Positions 24,301 to 37,721 of a stretch of 64,000 bases of DNA are shown piece by piece. The position numbers were made by a program, and so were the translations under genes. Below the pieces are notes generated by a model, which did no database searches, was not told the origin of the DNA, and saw only the letters and a list, made by a program, of their open reading frames with translations. The first letter of the stretch is position 1; every line of letters begins with the position of its first letter. Source of the DNA: Marsupella aquatica (lineage: Eukaryota; Plantae; Marchantiophyta); the NCBI GenBank assembly GCA_973895155.1, contig OZ316899.1, forward strand, positions 6,575,241 through 6,639,240, given 5' to 3'.

Positions 24301-27300
24301 TGACGTCCAGTAAATTGTCAATCACCTGCGAGAAACTATGTGGCACCTTCTTAAGCCACTTCATCACCTTCCCTGATCCATCATGCGCCTTAGAACTTCC
24401 ATCTCCAGGGCTGACAATTACTTCAGCTGCAGAGAGGGTCTTTCCCTTTTCTTTCTCTTGAGATTTCTCTTTATCTTTCTCCTTCTCCTTGTCTCGCTCC
24501 TTTTCCTTTTCTTTCTCCTTTCTAACAGCTATTATTGTTCTCCCTCCTGCAGTTTCTAGCTGGCAGACACCTCCAACTGCTTGCATAAAGATTGCTGGAT
24601 CTCGTGATACGACCGGAGCCATTGCCGTCAAAAACATCCGGGGTGAAACCCGGCCATTGTGACGAGATAAAGTTGCAATCAAGGTATGACGTATTTCTGA
24701 CTCCATGGCTTGCTGTAGAGTTTGTGGGTCCTCAAGAAGGTGCCGAATAATAGAAGCGGCAATACTTTCAAATCCAGGAAAGAGGGACGTCACAGGGAGT
24801 CCTAGCAATCCTGCCAGCCCCCCTGCTTCAAAAAACTGCATTGCGACCGCATGTGTCTTAGTGAGCCTGGCGCAAAGTTGGAGAACTGCCTGCATGGCCA
24901 CTGCAGATACCTGCATCTGCAGAAAACGACAGCATACAAACGTTGCTTTCTTCTGTTCTCCAGCAGTCATATACCCTCCTGCCTTACCTAATATACTTAT
25001 GAAAGGGCTACCATCACTTTCGTTTCGCACATTCTCAATCTGCGGCTTCTGTACATCCAAGGCAGCCACTGCCCTAGGTGTTGCACTGTTGCTTCCCACA
25101 CCACCAGCAGGCTCCAAGTTTATTTTAGGCTTGTACTGCAGCAAGTGATAAAGAACCAGTAAGAGTGCAGTCACCCATTTCGGAACGTCAAGACTTGCAC
25201 AACCTGACAGTTGACTTGGTGAAAAATTGGAGAGTGCTTCTAGCACTATTTCAACAAGCCCGATGTCAGCAGCAACCTCTCGGGCGGCACTATCTTCACT
25301 CAATACTAAGGCTAATGTGTGAGATATTGTAGACAATGCACTGCTGTAACTCCACGATTCCTCCGAGTTGCATTGCTTCAACTGTTGAATCAGATATGAA
25401 ATAACCGTAGGCCGATCCTGGCCTTTACTACGATTACACATAGTAACAAGCAGATCAGTTAGAGGAAACGCAACAGAATCTGCATTCTGCAAGAGATTCA
25501 TACATGTCGACAACATTTCTTCCACAGGAGGTGCCTGAGGTTCTCCTCTCTCAACAGCCTCTTCTCCTTCGCCAGGTGCCTCTTCTTTGGAAGAACCACC
25601 TGTATTTCCCAACGATAAAGCCAAAGCTCGAGCAAGCTCATCATCCTCTTGGGCAGCCCCTTCCGGGAGACTGCACAACCACTCCGTTGCCATCTCCACA
25701 CTGTTTACTTCTATCCGCCGCAATGCCTCCTCTGCCCTAGCTCTTGAGAATCCCATCTCCACAATTCTAGATATTGACAGTTCATCAGGTGGTGGACCTG
25801 CAAGACGCACACCAGCAGAGCTACCAACGACATTTTTCGGCATCTTTCCATCAGCTACACCAGTGTATACATCTGTTATGATAGCTGCTATGGATGTGAT
25901 GAAGCTGGGAGTACACTGAGGGAACATTGGATGGTTCCAAACTGGGAGTACAACTGCCAATACCTGTGCTTGAAGAGCTTGAATGAAAGAAGCTGAATCC
26001 TTCGGAACAGGGTCTGACCCATCGACGACAGGTTGGGTCAGCAGTTGTGCCATTGAAGACGGGGTCAAAAGTAAGGACGATGTCACTAGATGTTCCAAAA
26101 GCCTTGAATAATTTTTCAACGTATCCAAAAGCCATGGATTATTTTCCGACATTTCTTCCAATTTTTCACCCGCCAATTTACCATTTTCTGTATCCATGGG
26201 CGAATCAGAGATTTGAGGGACGCTCCACAAAAGCTGACTCGTTGCTTCAAAGGTAACAAGCAACTCTTTGATTGCCCCGTGTGCGTATAAATTATTTACA
26301 AGCAAGGGGTTGCAAGTTCGCCGCCGACTATCAAAAACAACCATAATAATATCCTCAACTACTTTCCCCAAGTACCGACATTTGACTGAAACAGGTGCTT
26401 CAGATTGCAGTAAGGTACCATGACCATCAAAACTCAGTTCATCTCGTAAGAGCCGCGCAAGCGCAGAAGCAATTGCCTTAGCTGGCCCAGTAACGTTGAT
26501 CGTCTCATCGCGGCGGCGTGAGGAAGGGAGCACAATAGCTTTTCCTAAAGCTACATAGAGACCTCGAGCTGCTGCTATTAACCTCGTCATCATTTCATAA
26601 TTGACTCCATCAGGAGACTTCCGCTTAGTATGATCTTGAACCTGTGGTGCTTCGTGACCACTAGAACCTTCCGAGTCGACTTGAACAGGATCTGTACTGT
26701 GTAGAGGCAGTCGACCAAATCTAGCCATTTGCGTGATAGCCTCTGCAGTGACGGCATGTTCTCTCCTGCGACGATGTGGTCCATCACCCCCATTATGTAG
26801 AACGGGAAGGAATTCAGACTCAACGCCCCAATGAGAGGGAGGACCATTACGAGGAGGTACAGGGTTCACATATCTAATGACCGAATAGACATCCCCATCA
26901 TCTTCACCTTCTCTCGTTCCTGCGCTTGCTCCAGCTGTGGTTTCACATTCTTTCTTTAAATCAACCTTTGCATCATCTATGAGCACAATCTGCCAGAGCA
27001 CTTTCCTGTGGACCTTCCCAACATCATGCAAGACCTCAGCAGCTCCATTACTAAGCTCTGGCATCATTGCTGTTGAGCTCCGGACAAGAACAGATGAAAG
27101 GGAAATGAAGCATTCTGCAGCAGATAAGGACCGAACAATTCTGCTCCGGATACCAGTTTCAAGATCCGATAACTTTGCTCCAGCCACTGAGTCCAGAAGT
27201 TTCACAGTAAGCTTCAAGTGATTCCTTAAAGCACAACAGACTGCCCGGGTCAACACAGTTGCATGTTGAGGAGAAAAGGCTCTGAATGTTACCGACATAT

Positions 27301-30300
27301 TGTGGGCTGTTGACGATCCCCCAAAAGATACAGGAAGATATGGAAGAGTATAAATCTGAAGAAGTGCTTCAATGCCCTTTTTTTCAATGAAAACTCTGCT
27401 AGTATCAACATTTTGCAGTATTGTCTCCAGCAGACGAACAACATTATTTATACATTCAGGAAGAAACGTCTCCACATTTGCATTGGACGCCTCCATGGCG
27501 GCTTCTGTCACATGATGTGATGTGCCTGCTTGTGAGACACGTGTAATGCAGGAAACCACTGACCGGTCCTCCAGATCGGTATCCATCGGAACAGGAATAT
27601 CAGAACTCGGTGGCTCCTTGGAAACAGCCGAGGAATCACCCACTGCACCGCCAATAGCTGAAATGGTCTTCAAAATCTCTATGCACATGTCAATCCCAGG
27701 TCCTCGTAAAGCTGGGGCATGGCGCATCAACTCATCAACACCAGAGGCCAAAGACCCCGGCGTATCATTTGCCAAGGCACGCAAATACGCCTTTGAGGTG
27801 AAAATTTTTACAAAGCACCCGAGCGCATTCCTGTCCTTAACTGCTTGAAGTCCCAAGTTGTTTAGGCATAGTGCATCCAGACTGTTGGGAATGCAACCCA
27901 CTGCTTCCGCAGTAGGAAGGACGCCGCTTGTGATTGCATCTAAGAAAGCTGCTGGAAGGCCAGTAGAATCAAGAGATGAGAAACAGGTGGGGTCTTTATG
28001 AATGAGATCACTCATCACTGATGCCGCCAAGGAGAACACACCTCCCCCGAACTCTCGAGCATGCCTGAATATGGCACACAAGCATGCTGGAAGTGCACTT
28101 TCTTCGGAGCTATGGAGACGGACGGTGCTTCCCGGGGCATATGTACCTAAAGCAATTGCTCGTAGCAAAGCCTTGAGAAGAATTCTCTGATGGTAAGGAA
28201 CTAATGACTCAGACAGGGATGGGGAGGCTAGAGAAGAGTCTCCGTCCTCTGACATGAGTCCTTTCCCCTTGGAATTAGCCAGCGATTCTACTTTAAGCTT
28301 GGTCGCTCCAATCTCAACAGAACTGATCTCCAGCTTCAGCCTTGCAATACTATCATCCAGGCCTCCCAAGTCCCTAAACAAAGTCCCTGCTGGATTGCTG
28401 CAGTCCATAAAAGCCTCTAAAATATGGACGGCTGAACTGACAAGGTGAGTATGTTGTGGATCCAAGTCTTTGAGCAAAGGTAGCAAGGTGGGAATCAACC
28501 CTGCTTCCCGAAGAGCTGCACAGCCAGAGGATGACGAGACGAGGACTGTAACAAGAGACAGTAGAGCTTCCACAAACGTCACTGAGCAGTCTGATGTTCC
28601 ACCCGTTGTAGAACCAATAGCTTTTTGCATTAGACTAGGTAAAATCCCCCTGTGCCCTCCTGCACTAATGACAGTGAGGACATTTGACTGTCGAGGTCTG
28701 TCTTGTGACTGGGCTGCTAATGCAAGAACTGCGAGAATACGGATTTCCTCTGGAACTAGATCTTCACAGCGAAGAACTGTTACCAGTTCATTAACAAACT
28801 CTGGCTCGTTGATAAAAAATGCAGTCAGATCCTCATGATCTGGGTTAGATTGCAGTAATGCTGTGAAAGCAAGAAGACGAATGCGGATGTATGACCTTCG
28901 GCTCCCGAGCGAAACAAAGGCTCTGGCGAATCGAATGCGTGTCAAGAGCGAAAACCGGAGACTGGAAGGAACCCTATACTGCTCTATAAGCTGCTGCAAA
29001 AGCTGAAGATCGTCCTCTCGGCGTAAATGCAGGTCTGTAAGATGGATAACCTGCAATCCACGGGAATCCCAGGCGACTTTTCCTTCATCTCCTTGTGAGC
29101 TACCATCTGCATAAAACTCAAAGTGAAGTGTTGATCCTAGTCTACAGGCATCTGCATCACACCCATCATCTATTGCACAAGCAAGGAGTCCAAGACCTTC
29201 TTCTTTACCACCCCACCCTTGCGACAGTGAAAACAGCTTAGCATTCAAAGTTGCATCTCCGTGCCATCTCATTGCTCGATTTGGCTGAAGTGGTTTTTTC
29301 ACGAATGCTGCCAATGTTTCCAGAGCAGCTATAACAATTTCAGGATCAGTGGACGCAAACAATGCTGATAGATGCTGCACACAAAAAGATCTGGAAGTGA
29401 TCAGCAACGTCACCGGCCAAAGTTTCCTGTGACCATGAGAAGATAAAAATAGGACTCGCAAATGCATACCCTGTATTCGAAACCGTGGTCTAACGGACGA
29501 AAAAGGCATCACTGGGATAGCTTAAAGTTATACAACTACCACTGATTGATAACATCCATGTACCAAGAAGAGGATATTTTGCCCAATAGGCACCTTCGTT
29601 AGGGAGAACCAAAAACCTCGGAAACAGAACAAATCCAAATCGCCACTAGTAACTTCCAAAACAGCGATGATACTGATAACCCAAGACATGTGATTCAATG
29701 CCAGAAGATGACTACGTACCTCGTTGGAATTATACAAGTACTTGTTAACGCAGTTTTCCAACACGATTCGAGTTACACGTAAAATCTGGAGAACGGACCC
29801 CTTTGGAAATGGATCATTCTGCCCAATAAAGTTACCATCCAATTGCAGATCCTTCCTTGGTTTTATATACTTCTCAAAAAACGAATCGAAGTAATTAAAA
29901 AGGTCAACCCAGTGGTAAAAATCACCCTGCCAATCCACACGAAAACGGTGCAAATAAGCCACACGCAGCAATCCGAGTATTCTGGTGGTCTAAAAGGAAA
30001 GTTTAGGTTCACTTTCAGCAACTGGATTTAAAAGAAGATTACAAAGATTGGCATGAAGGACGAAGACAGTCCTTGCTTAAAAAGAAGCATAAACAGACAA
30101 TACTCGGCTCAGCTTACTTTTTCATAATCCCAAGAGAATCCAGTAAGTGCGGGTTCAATGTTCTCAAAACTTGTGTTGGTAACAGAGCCGATAAAACTTC
30201 GCACTTTCAAAGGCTGCCAGGAAACCACGAGGTCAATCTTCAAATGAAGACAAGCTGGAAGTTATGAATTATAAATCTAACCAGTCGTAGAACAACCAAG

Positions 30301-31306
30301 ATGCTGACCGATCAACCAAGACCTCAGCGACTCTGAGAGATTTCAAAAAAGTGACAAGATTATGACCCAAACCCTGCCGGTATGCTGAGCGGAATGACGG
30401 CCCCCATTTCACAAATACATTCAGCATAATATTCATTCTTAAATAATCGCACTAGCGTCTGAATTCCCGATATCGACTTCGACTCGAATCCTTACGATGG
30501 CAACATCTTGGAAGGCAACACGAAGTTGCTCTTCGAATTGATCCCCAGAGATCATACTCCAAAGAAGCAGCGCAGATAATCGACTATCCAGGCTCTCCAA
30601 ACCCAAGGGCGAAAAACATAACAGTTCCGGAGCTAAGATTGCCGTCGGACGTCGTCCTAGCTACACTGACTCGTGACCCAATGTACCTAGATTGCTCCGA
30701 GAGTCGTGGCACAAAAAGGGAAGTGCTATGCTCCGATTCAAGATTCTACAAAGAATAATAGTCCTAGATTGCATCGTCGTTGTTCAAGTTGGAAACGAAG
30801 TTTAGGAAGCATCCGGCGTGAAAGAAAAAGGACAGTGCCAAACAAAGGACAATCTGTTGCAACTCTCCACCTTACATATATGCCATAAGTCGCTGACCCT
30901 ATCTGATACTACAACCCGGTATCCGAGACCTGACTGCAATCCGCCGACTGCAGAATTAATCTGAAGTGAATACTCCAGTTCTCACTCTGCTTCGCTTGTA
31001 TCCTAATCTAAAACCAACAAAGATTACTCACTCACAAAGCACAGAGTATTCAACTAACGAAACTCTTCTTCCAGCGTTTCCAATGAGATCGCTAACCCTG
31101 TAAAACCTGTTCCATGTCTTTCAACGAGACAAAAATGTGCAAGGCTATCCCAACCTTCCATTACCAGCAAATTACCGTCAGGCATGAGGCTTCAACGAGA
31201 GCAGCGAGAGCAGCGAGAGCAGCGAGAGCAGCGAAGCAAACCAAGCAGATGAATGAGGAACGACTTGTCTTACAGCCTCAACGCCCCGTTTCTTCTTCAC
31301 CTTCAT
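15251..31306 (-). CDS. UPL1: HECT E3 ubiquitin-protein ligase UPL1/UPL2 (HUWE1/Tom1-like), 15 coding exons, 11673 nt, about 3890 aa
   Basis: Exons 31306-31274, 30213-30118, 29926-29720, 29374-21215, 21041-20706, 20330-20120, 19952-19651, 19306-18942, 18795-17637, 17482-17336, 16987-16907, 16661-16436, 16271-16132, 15839-15733, 15353-15251. All introns are GT-AG with consistent phase. ARM-like N-terminus, UBA (IVEMGFSRARAEEAL), UIM (EDDELARALALSL), acidic tract, UBM repeats (IDPEFLAALPPDIQAEVL), HECT with PSAHTCFNQL and terminal EGFGFG*. Confidence 0.95.
15733..15839 (-). CDS. UPL1: UPL1 coding exon 14
   Basis: [35 protein letters not shown]; the catalytic Cys codon is split by the last intron. 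Confidence 0.93.
16132..16271 (-). CDS. UPL1: UPL1 coding exon 13
   Basis: EDLKANTEYTGY...QFITGTSK. Confidence 0.93.
16436..16661 (-). CDS. UPL1: UPL1 coding exon 12
   Basis: VTDHELITGGRNIRVTEENK...SGLPEID. Confidence 0.93.
16907..16987 (-). CDS. UPL1: UPL1 coding exon 11
   Basis: NDISDILGLTFSMDADEEKHILYEKTE. Confidence 0.92.
17336..17482 (-). CDS. UPL1: UPL1 coding exon 10
   Basis: VAKALFDGQLLDVYFTRSFYKH...KWMLE. Confidence 0.93.
17637..18795 (-). CDS. UPL1: UPL1 coding exon 9 (start of HECT)
   Basis: LSDTAY...GEEGIDAGGLTREWY...FKFVGRV. Confidence 0.93.
18942..19306 (-). CDS. UPL1: UPL1 coding exon 8
   Basis: VMGLLEVV...LCKLLAREG. Confidence 0.92.
19651..19952 (-). CDS. UPL1: UPL1 coding exon 7
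   Basis: VPPLVSRRVLEILTYLA...SSAHLEQ. Confidence 0.92.
20120..20330 (-). CDS. UPL1: UPL1 coding exon 6
   Basis: PLGKGLLQRLLLNLCAH...SQSSD. Confidence 0.92.
20706..21041 (-). CDS. UPL1: UPL1 coding exon 5
   Basis: VLLTSSEAVL...LLQLAQ. Confidence 0.92.
21215..29374 (-). CDS. UPL1: UPL1 coding exon 4 (8160 bp)
   Basis: HLSALFAS...FPAELREE within ORF 21203-29512. Confidence 0.93.
29720..29926 (-). CDS. UPL1: UPL1 coding exon 3
   Basis: GDFYHWVDLFNYFD...YNSNE. Confidence 0.92.
30118..30213 (-). CDS. UPL1: UPL1 coding exon 2
   Basis: CAG|PLKVRSFIGSVTNTSFENIEPALTGFSWDYEK|GTAAG. Confidence 0.9.
31196..31234. repeat. 9-bp minisatellite (CGAGAGCAG)x4 in UPL1 intron 1
   Basis: Directly visible. 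Confidence 0.9.
31274..31306 (-). CDS. UPL1: UPL1 coding exon 1
   Basis: MKVKKKRGVEA followed by GTAAG donor. Confidence 0.85.
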
Positions 31307-32859
31307 GTTTGCCTTATACTGAATTGGACGAGCGTACTTTTAGAGCATATCCGCGTCGCACGATTTGAGCCTGTGGACCACCAGAAACTGGCGAACACGA
31401 AGCCACCACCACCATAAGAGCAACCACACCCGACTTGAGAAAAAATCCTCGACGCCCTCCAGAAAATCAAGGCACAGCAACACCCGGTGTACACACACAC
31501 CTATAACCTGGATGCTAAACCAGATTGTCCTCCTATCGTCGTTCTCTTCCTCGTCACTCTCGTTTTTGCAGACCACTCGGAGGTAATATATCTTTAAGTT
31601 ACTCGCCTGTCTACAGGTACACCAATCTCGGAAACCCTTACTCTGCTCGGAATGAAAAGCGAGCGTTCACAAATGTGCCGCGGCTACTTCCACGAGAAAT
31701 AGACTCCCCCTATGTTTCCTTCAGACCTTCAATCGTAATAATATTGTCAGTAACCCTCATAAGCCTTTTTTCTTTCCATCCAACCCAATTATTCAAGTTT
31801 AATGATATTCCACGGTAGCCCCATCCTGTCCTTTGAAAATAATGGACCTCCACGTTTTCTACGAATCCCGGATGGAATGGCAAAGCTAGGACTGGACGTG
31901 CTCAGAATGTTTGAAAGAGCTTTTTACTAATCTACCCCCCAAACTGATCCTTATTATAAACCTGCCCCAAAAACTAAATTATTTAGTATATTGCCCCCCA
32001 AACTGTTTCCTGTTATTTTTAACTCAACTACTTGACCACAGCTGTGTTCCCATTGGCTGTCAAGCAACCAGAGTCGCCCAATCCCTCTCTCCCATTGCTC
32101 GCCCTTCATATTCATTGTTTGACCCTGAACTGTTACAGCTCAAAAAATGCCAACATTTTGGTGCTGTTCCTGAAGAAAACGAGGGCTGTGACTTGGGCCC
32201 CGGTAGGAGTTGGTTCAATGGAGGGGTCCAATGTCCATTCTATGGCATAATAGATCCGATTGTTTTAATATCAGAAGCTGTCCAATCAGAATAAAATGAC
32301 ATCTTGTTTCCGAAGGCGTACCAATGACCAAAGTATGGCAATTGGTTTCCAACGGGGGAAAGGTGGGAAACATGTCCGATTGGTACGGTATGTAATGGCA
32401 AATTGTATCCAATGTGGTTAAGATTGGATATTCAGGGTTTTGGGTTTTTTGAATGGTTCAGGTGAATATTTGATGGGTTTCCGTGATTTGAACATGGGAA
32501 AGGGTATGGGAAAGATGGAAAGTTTCAATATGCATGCATGGGGGATTTTCATTTCATCAAAGGACTTCAGTGAAGAATCATTCATTCATTAAATACATAT
32601 TTGAAGCTTGCATGCATGTGAATCTTTTGAGGTACATGTGTGGAATAATTATTATAATAGGTAGAACCAGATAATATATGATTTTCTTCCATAGAAGAAA
32701 AATATAGAGGGGCTTTACCTAGCTAGGTTGCATGTACTATAGAGAGGGGTCCAAATCTTCCTGCAAATCTTCCACTATGACTAGAGTTGGTTGATCCTGA
32801 ACGGTGGATTGTGAGTGAGGGATGTAAGGCATGACAATGGACCACTCTAGGTCATCCGG

Positions 32860-33095
32860 ATAGGGAAGATAAAATGCCCGCTCCAATGATCATGGGGAAA
32901 TGCAAATGGATCTGACGTTCTCCAACTGGAACTAATGACACTACGTGCACTTGTATTCAACCGTGTGAAACCACGGGCATCCTCTTCACACGTCCAGTTG
33001 TGGCCAACAAGATTCATTGGAAACCACTTGCACTTCAACACCACCTCCTCCAAGGTTGTATGTTGTTGATACTTGATGGTAAGAATCTCCTCAAG
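32860..33095 (-). pseudogene. Isolated CACTA transposase C-terminal (DUF4216-like) fragment
   Basis: LEEILTIKY...VVLKCKWFP...EEDARGFTRL...DPFAFP. Confidence 0.65.
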
Positions 33096-34361
33096 AATCG
33101 AGAAGAGCTGAACTGAAAAAGCACAAAGGTGGCACTGGCCTCTGTATACACTTAGGGGAGTAGGGAAAGATTGTTGTAGGGATCCACTTTGCAAGGTGAT
33201 GTTGGGCAAAGGTGGGGGTTAGGCAAAGAGTGTGGAAGAAACTTAGCCAAAATTGAGGTTGAGAAGGCTGGAAGCGAAAGAAGGTCGAGGGAGCAGAAGA
33301 AATGGTGCTCAATTTAGGTTGAGGAGGAGGGTGCAAGCAATCTAAAACGGCATTTTAGGGAACAGATGTGGGGAAATGTTGACAGAGGATAGAGGGGTCG
33401 CAGACAGCGGATAGAGGGGAGGTGACTATTGTCTGGTAAGAATAGGAGATTAGCGGATTCAAAGAACCATGGGAGGAGGAAGGATTGAGATTGGGTCTGC
33501 GGATTAAGGTGCACATGAGGAGCATAGGAGGAACTACGAGCTGAAATTGGGTAGTGTGTGGTGTATCATCATGATTCCTATGGAGCACTCTATTGAGTGT
33601 CCCGCCATGATCGTGGTGGTGATCCCATCTTCAGGATTGGGTGATCTGTTGCAGCGCATTACAAAGCAGAATCATCAAGCAAAGGAGGCTACAAGGAAGT
33701 GGAAATCGGGAAGATGGAGTGACAACAGACAAGGCCAGATGGAGATCAAGAGAGCTGGTTGTCTCAACAAGTTGAAGAGCCTTTGACACTACTGGCGGCC
33801 TTAACTTGAGTGAATTAACTTACTGGTGAGCTCACACCTCTGTGTTTGTGAATGAGGAGAATTGAAAGGGAAGAGCGGAAGAAGAGGGAACTGACCCGTG
33901 GAATAGGATATCTATGCAAAGAAGGATAGAGCCTAGAATGGATTATTATGGCCCGAGGGAGGGAGTGTTGCGCTCGATAGACACTCGTGGCCAATCGGCC
34001 GGTGGTAGGGGGCCGAGGTATGGGCAGGTGAAAAACCTTTCCACCTTTGTTGCGGGGCCCAGTGGGCGTACGGGAGGCTATGAGCAAGAGGGGTATCGAC
34101 ATCCCAGGTGATGATCCTCAACTGCGGGATTGCCCGCACTGGACTGTTGGGACAAAATGGGCACTATGAACTGAATATGATTGGAGTGACTAGGCAGGAA
34201 GAGGGGAGAGCATCGCAATTTCAACTTGCATAGCAACAATGGGAAAAGGAAAGAGATGAGCAGCAACACAGGGACTCATGGTGGAACGAGGATGCAAACA
34301 AAAAACTGGGGGCTTGCAACTAGTGAGGTGAATAGCTTGAGCGCAAGATTGGTAGGACCAA

Positions 34362-34860
34362 TTGCAGCCAGATCCTAGTGAGAGGGGGAGTGGCACTTCA
34401 CAGCAGGCCCAATCTGGATGCGGAATGAGGGAATTGCAAGAACTTGAGGAGGTATCAACAAAATGCATCAGGATCCTAAAAAATCTGGCAAACATCTCAA
34501 TTGGAGACTGGCACAAGAAGCTCTATACCACGGTGGAATGGAGCATGGAGGAAGCTGTGAGTAATGTTAGGCAGCTTTATAATTGTGCAATCTTGTGCTA
34601 CTTCACAGATTGGCCGCTGTTGCTACCTGTGTTCAGGGTTTGGGTTGAGGAAGTAATGGCTGGACAGATGAGCTGGCCTATTGTGCAAGTGAAGTATGCG
34701 GGGAAGAGCTTTTTATGGTGGTCTTTGAGCAAACGGATCACAGGGATGCAATGCTTGAACTGGCCCCATGGTTCATGGAGCTGTAATGTGTGTATATGTT
34801 TGCATGGGAACCCTCCTTTGATGTCAAGAACGAGCAATTTACAAAGCTTCCTGTGCGGTC
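34362..34860 (+). pseudogene. L1-type LINE ORF1 fragment (DUF4283-like)
   Basis: AILCYF...FRVWVEE...VQVKYAGKSF, then after a frameshift VVFEQTDHRDAMLELAPWFM...FAWEPSFD...KLPV. Confidence 0.6.
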
Positions 34861-35295
34861 CCCAATCTTTTTGTCATTTTAGTAAAGCACCAACCCTAAT
34901 ACAGTCGGGATAGCCATAATGGGTACTTAAGGTACTACCGCCAATCGTAACAAGAGGGAGTTGCATACACAACCACATCAAGTGTCGTGCCTTTACTAAG
35001 TCATGAGTAGAGGGCAATCATAAGTAGCCCTTAGAATAACACCATGATTAGGGCCATCATCAATGGGGCGCTTGACCGAGACGCCTCACGCTTACGACAG
35101 AGACCGTCCCGCCCTTCCGGACATTCACAGACCAAAGTAGAAATCCTTTGAGCTTAAGGCAGAGAGGCGGGCTAGTTTTGCATCACAAAGCATTCGAACA
35201 CTCATCATCTCTCCCTCCCAACAAAAGCATACGATGGATCGCGATGCAACTGTCCACTCACTCCACACTTACATTACTAATTTCATTGAGCAAAA

Positions 35296-37326
35296 ATGGA
35301 GGTGGCAGGAGCACAGAGAGTAGAGGTTCTCCCGACTAAAAACAAGAAGGGAGCTCTGTCAGCAGAAGAGAAGATCCGCAACTCCATCACAAAGGTACAA
35401 CGCATTAAGGAGAGCCGAGCAATACACGATAGAGCTAGGATTTATGGCTTGGTCCGGATGGACCGCTATCTATCGACCTCTCAAGCAGAAGAAATCTGCT
35501 TGCGAATTACAAAGGTGACAATGTCACCCAAGGGGATGTTCATTACATACAAGGGGAAGACTTATACTTTCTCCAATCTGAAGCTGTGTGACATGTTTGG
35601 ACTACCCGGGGCGGGGGGATTGTCGCTCACTTACCAAGTAGACCCAATCGAGAAAGAGGGCGTGGCGGCCTTCTTGCAGCAGATAGAGGTCCGGATAAAC
35701 TGAGGAAACATGCAATATGGCGCCATCTAGCAGAAGGAGTATCGGAACAGTTTCATAGAGTTTTGCACCAAGTGGGTGATGGTTAAGTGTGGATACCATC
35801 ATGCCACATTACCAAGAATTATTGTTGCAAGAGCTCTGTTCGTGGGCTGCCTCCACCCGCTTCAATTATGGAAGGCAAGTGTATCCACTGTGATTGATTT
35901 GAAGGGTTGTCCAAAGTTCCTGTTGCTATTAGCATATCAATTGGGGGTTGTAGTGCACAATGTGTTTGGTGTCCAGGAGGCAATCAGTAGAGCTCCGCCG
36001 GACAATTTGGACTATGGTGAATTGTTGCCAGAAGATCAAGTAGAAGCCCAGTGGACAACGCAGGTTGGGACGGCATTGGGATCCACAGTCAACATCAATG
36101 TGGATCCACCGGAGTACAACAAGGAGGACTTTGAGGACGATGAAGAGGAAGCACCCCTAATTTGGATGCAAGAAGCAAAGGAGGAGTAGAGGCCCTACGG
36201 AACCTAAGCGAGCGAGCCAAACAATGTTGTAAGAGTCTCAAGGGGAAGAGGAGGGCAATGAACCTCCCAGATGAAGAAGATGGGGAAGAAGACAAAGAAG
36301 AAGAAGAAAGGAGGGAAGTCACCTTCCAACAACCCACGCTATCCAAACTCCCGGGCACTACCAACCTGGCAGAATTGAAGACTTCCGCCCAATGCCTGGC
36401 TTTTATAGGGAAGCTAGTCCCCAACACCAAGGACCTATGCTACTGGTTGAGGGATTTGAAGGAGGCCAAGGCAATGACACGGATAATAGTCATAGAGTCC
36501 GAGGGCAAGACCCGCAACTCAGAGAAGCTAAGAGTAGCAAAAGAGAAGGTTGAGCGACTCCTCGCAAAAGTATAGAAGAAGTCTACATCTAACAAGATCA
36601 TGCTAAAGCAATTGACGGAAACAAAAGAATTACTAGAAAGGAGAGAACAAAAAATGAAGAAGGAACCACCACCCTGCATCAGGCCCAAGAGGAGGTCCGG
36701 ACAAAGAGGGTTGGGGCACAAGCACTAAAGATTGAGCTAGGAAGAGCCTAGCAGGAGAGAGAGAAGCTGCAAAAACTATTGGTTGACAAGGAGGAAGGAT
36801 TGGGCCACCTCATGGCCACCGCCAAAGAAGGAGAAGCGAATCTACAAACTGAGATCTGGAAGACTAAAGCAGCCATCGAATAGATGGACCAGCGGTTGCG
36901 ACACAAATAAAGCGTCCAACGGAACTCAATGAGGAGTTAAAGGAGGTGACCACCCAGCATGCGTTGTGTGGCTCTGTGTCCCAACAGAAGGCCAACAAGC
37001 TGTAGAGGGAAATTGAAAGATTGGAGCAAAGAGTAGGAGAAGGAGAACAATTGGCAATATGACTATCCAACCAACTGGCTGTGCAAGGGAAAACTGCGGA
37101 AGTGCTCACTGAGAAAGAGGTGTCAGCCAGGCTAGGGGCTTTGGAGTGTGAGAAGAAGCTCCAAGAAGCAAGGAAAGCCAATTGCGAGCTACAAGGGCAA
37201 TTAGAGGAGAAGCAGGCATACGTTGCTACGTTAGAAAAAGAAGAAGAAAGAAGAGAGTGAGAGAGGACGAGTTGGTTGCAAGATGTAGTTGGTAAGGAGC
37301 TCATCCAGCAATGCAGTAAGGTGGTT
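35296..37326 (+). pseudogene. Left half of a long decayed ORF (acidic and coiled-coil), probably a retrotransposon accessory ORF, split by the CACTA element
   Basis: Consecutive ORF pieces with point stops; reads GKELIQQCSKVV up to the GTT TSD and continues in frame at 57553. Confidence 0.55.
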
Positions 37327-37721
37327 CACAACTACATATGCGAACGTCAATTTCCAAGTTAACATCTTCCAAAATGTCACCACGTAACATAAATGTCCCT
37401 AGCACGCCGTCAAATACATTTACGTCTTCTGACAAAACGTACATTTTACGTTGTACATGACTTGGTAATGTTACGTCTTGTGTGACGATGTAATGAAGAT
37501 TAACGTCCTCCTAAACGAGGCAACTTAACGTCTTTGTGGGTGGCTAAAGTAAGGTTCCCTGGACGTTGCAAGATTGCCTTACGTCATAGTGTGTATTGTA
37601 ATTAACGTCTCACTAGACATATGAACTTGCTCTGCTTTTGACGTCGTATTTGAGACAACTCTAGGTCTATAAAGCGCAAAGTGAAGACTTGTATGCATAA
37701 TAAGGGAAGCAGGTCTGCCCT

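Noticed and set aside
21524-28838. Many plus-strand ORFs, including a poly-Ser ORF at 23016-23504
   Set aside because: Antisense shadows of the UPL1 large exon and its acidic tract.
31915-32010. CCCCCCAAACT repeats resembling a Mutator TIR upstream of UPL1
   Set aside because: No matching inverted end was found in the window.
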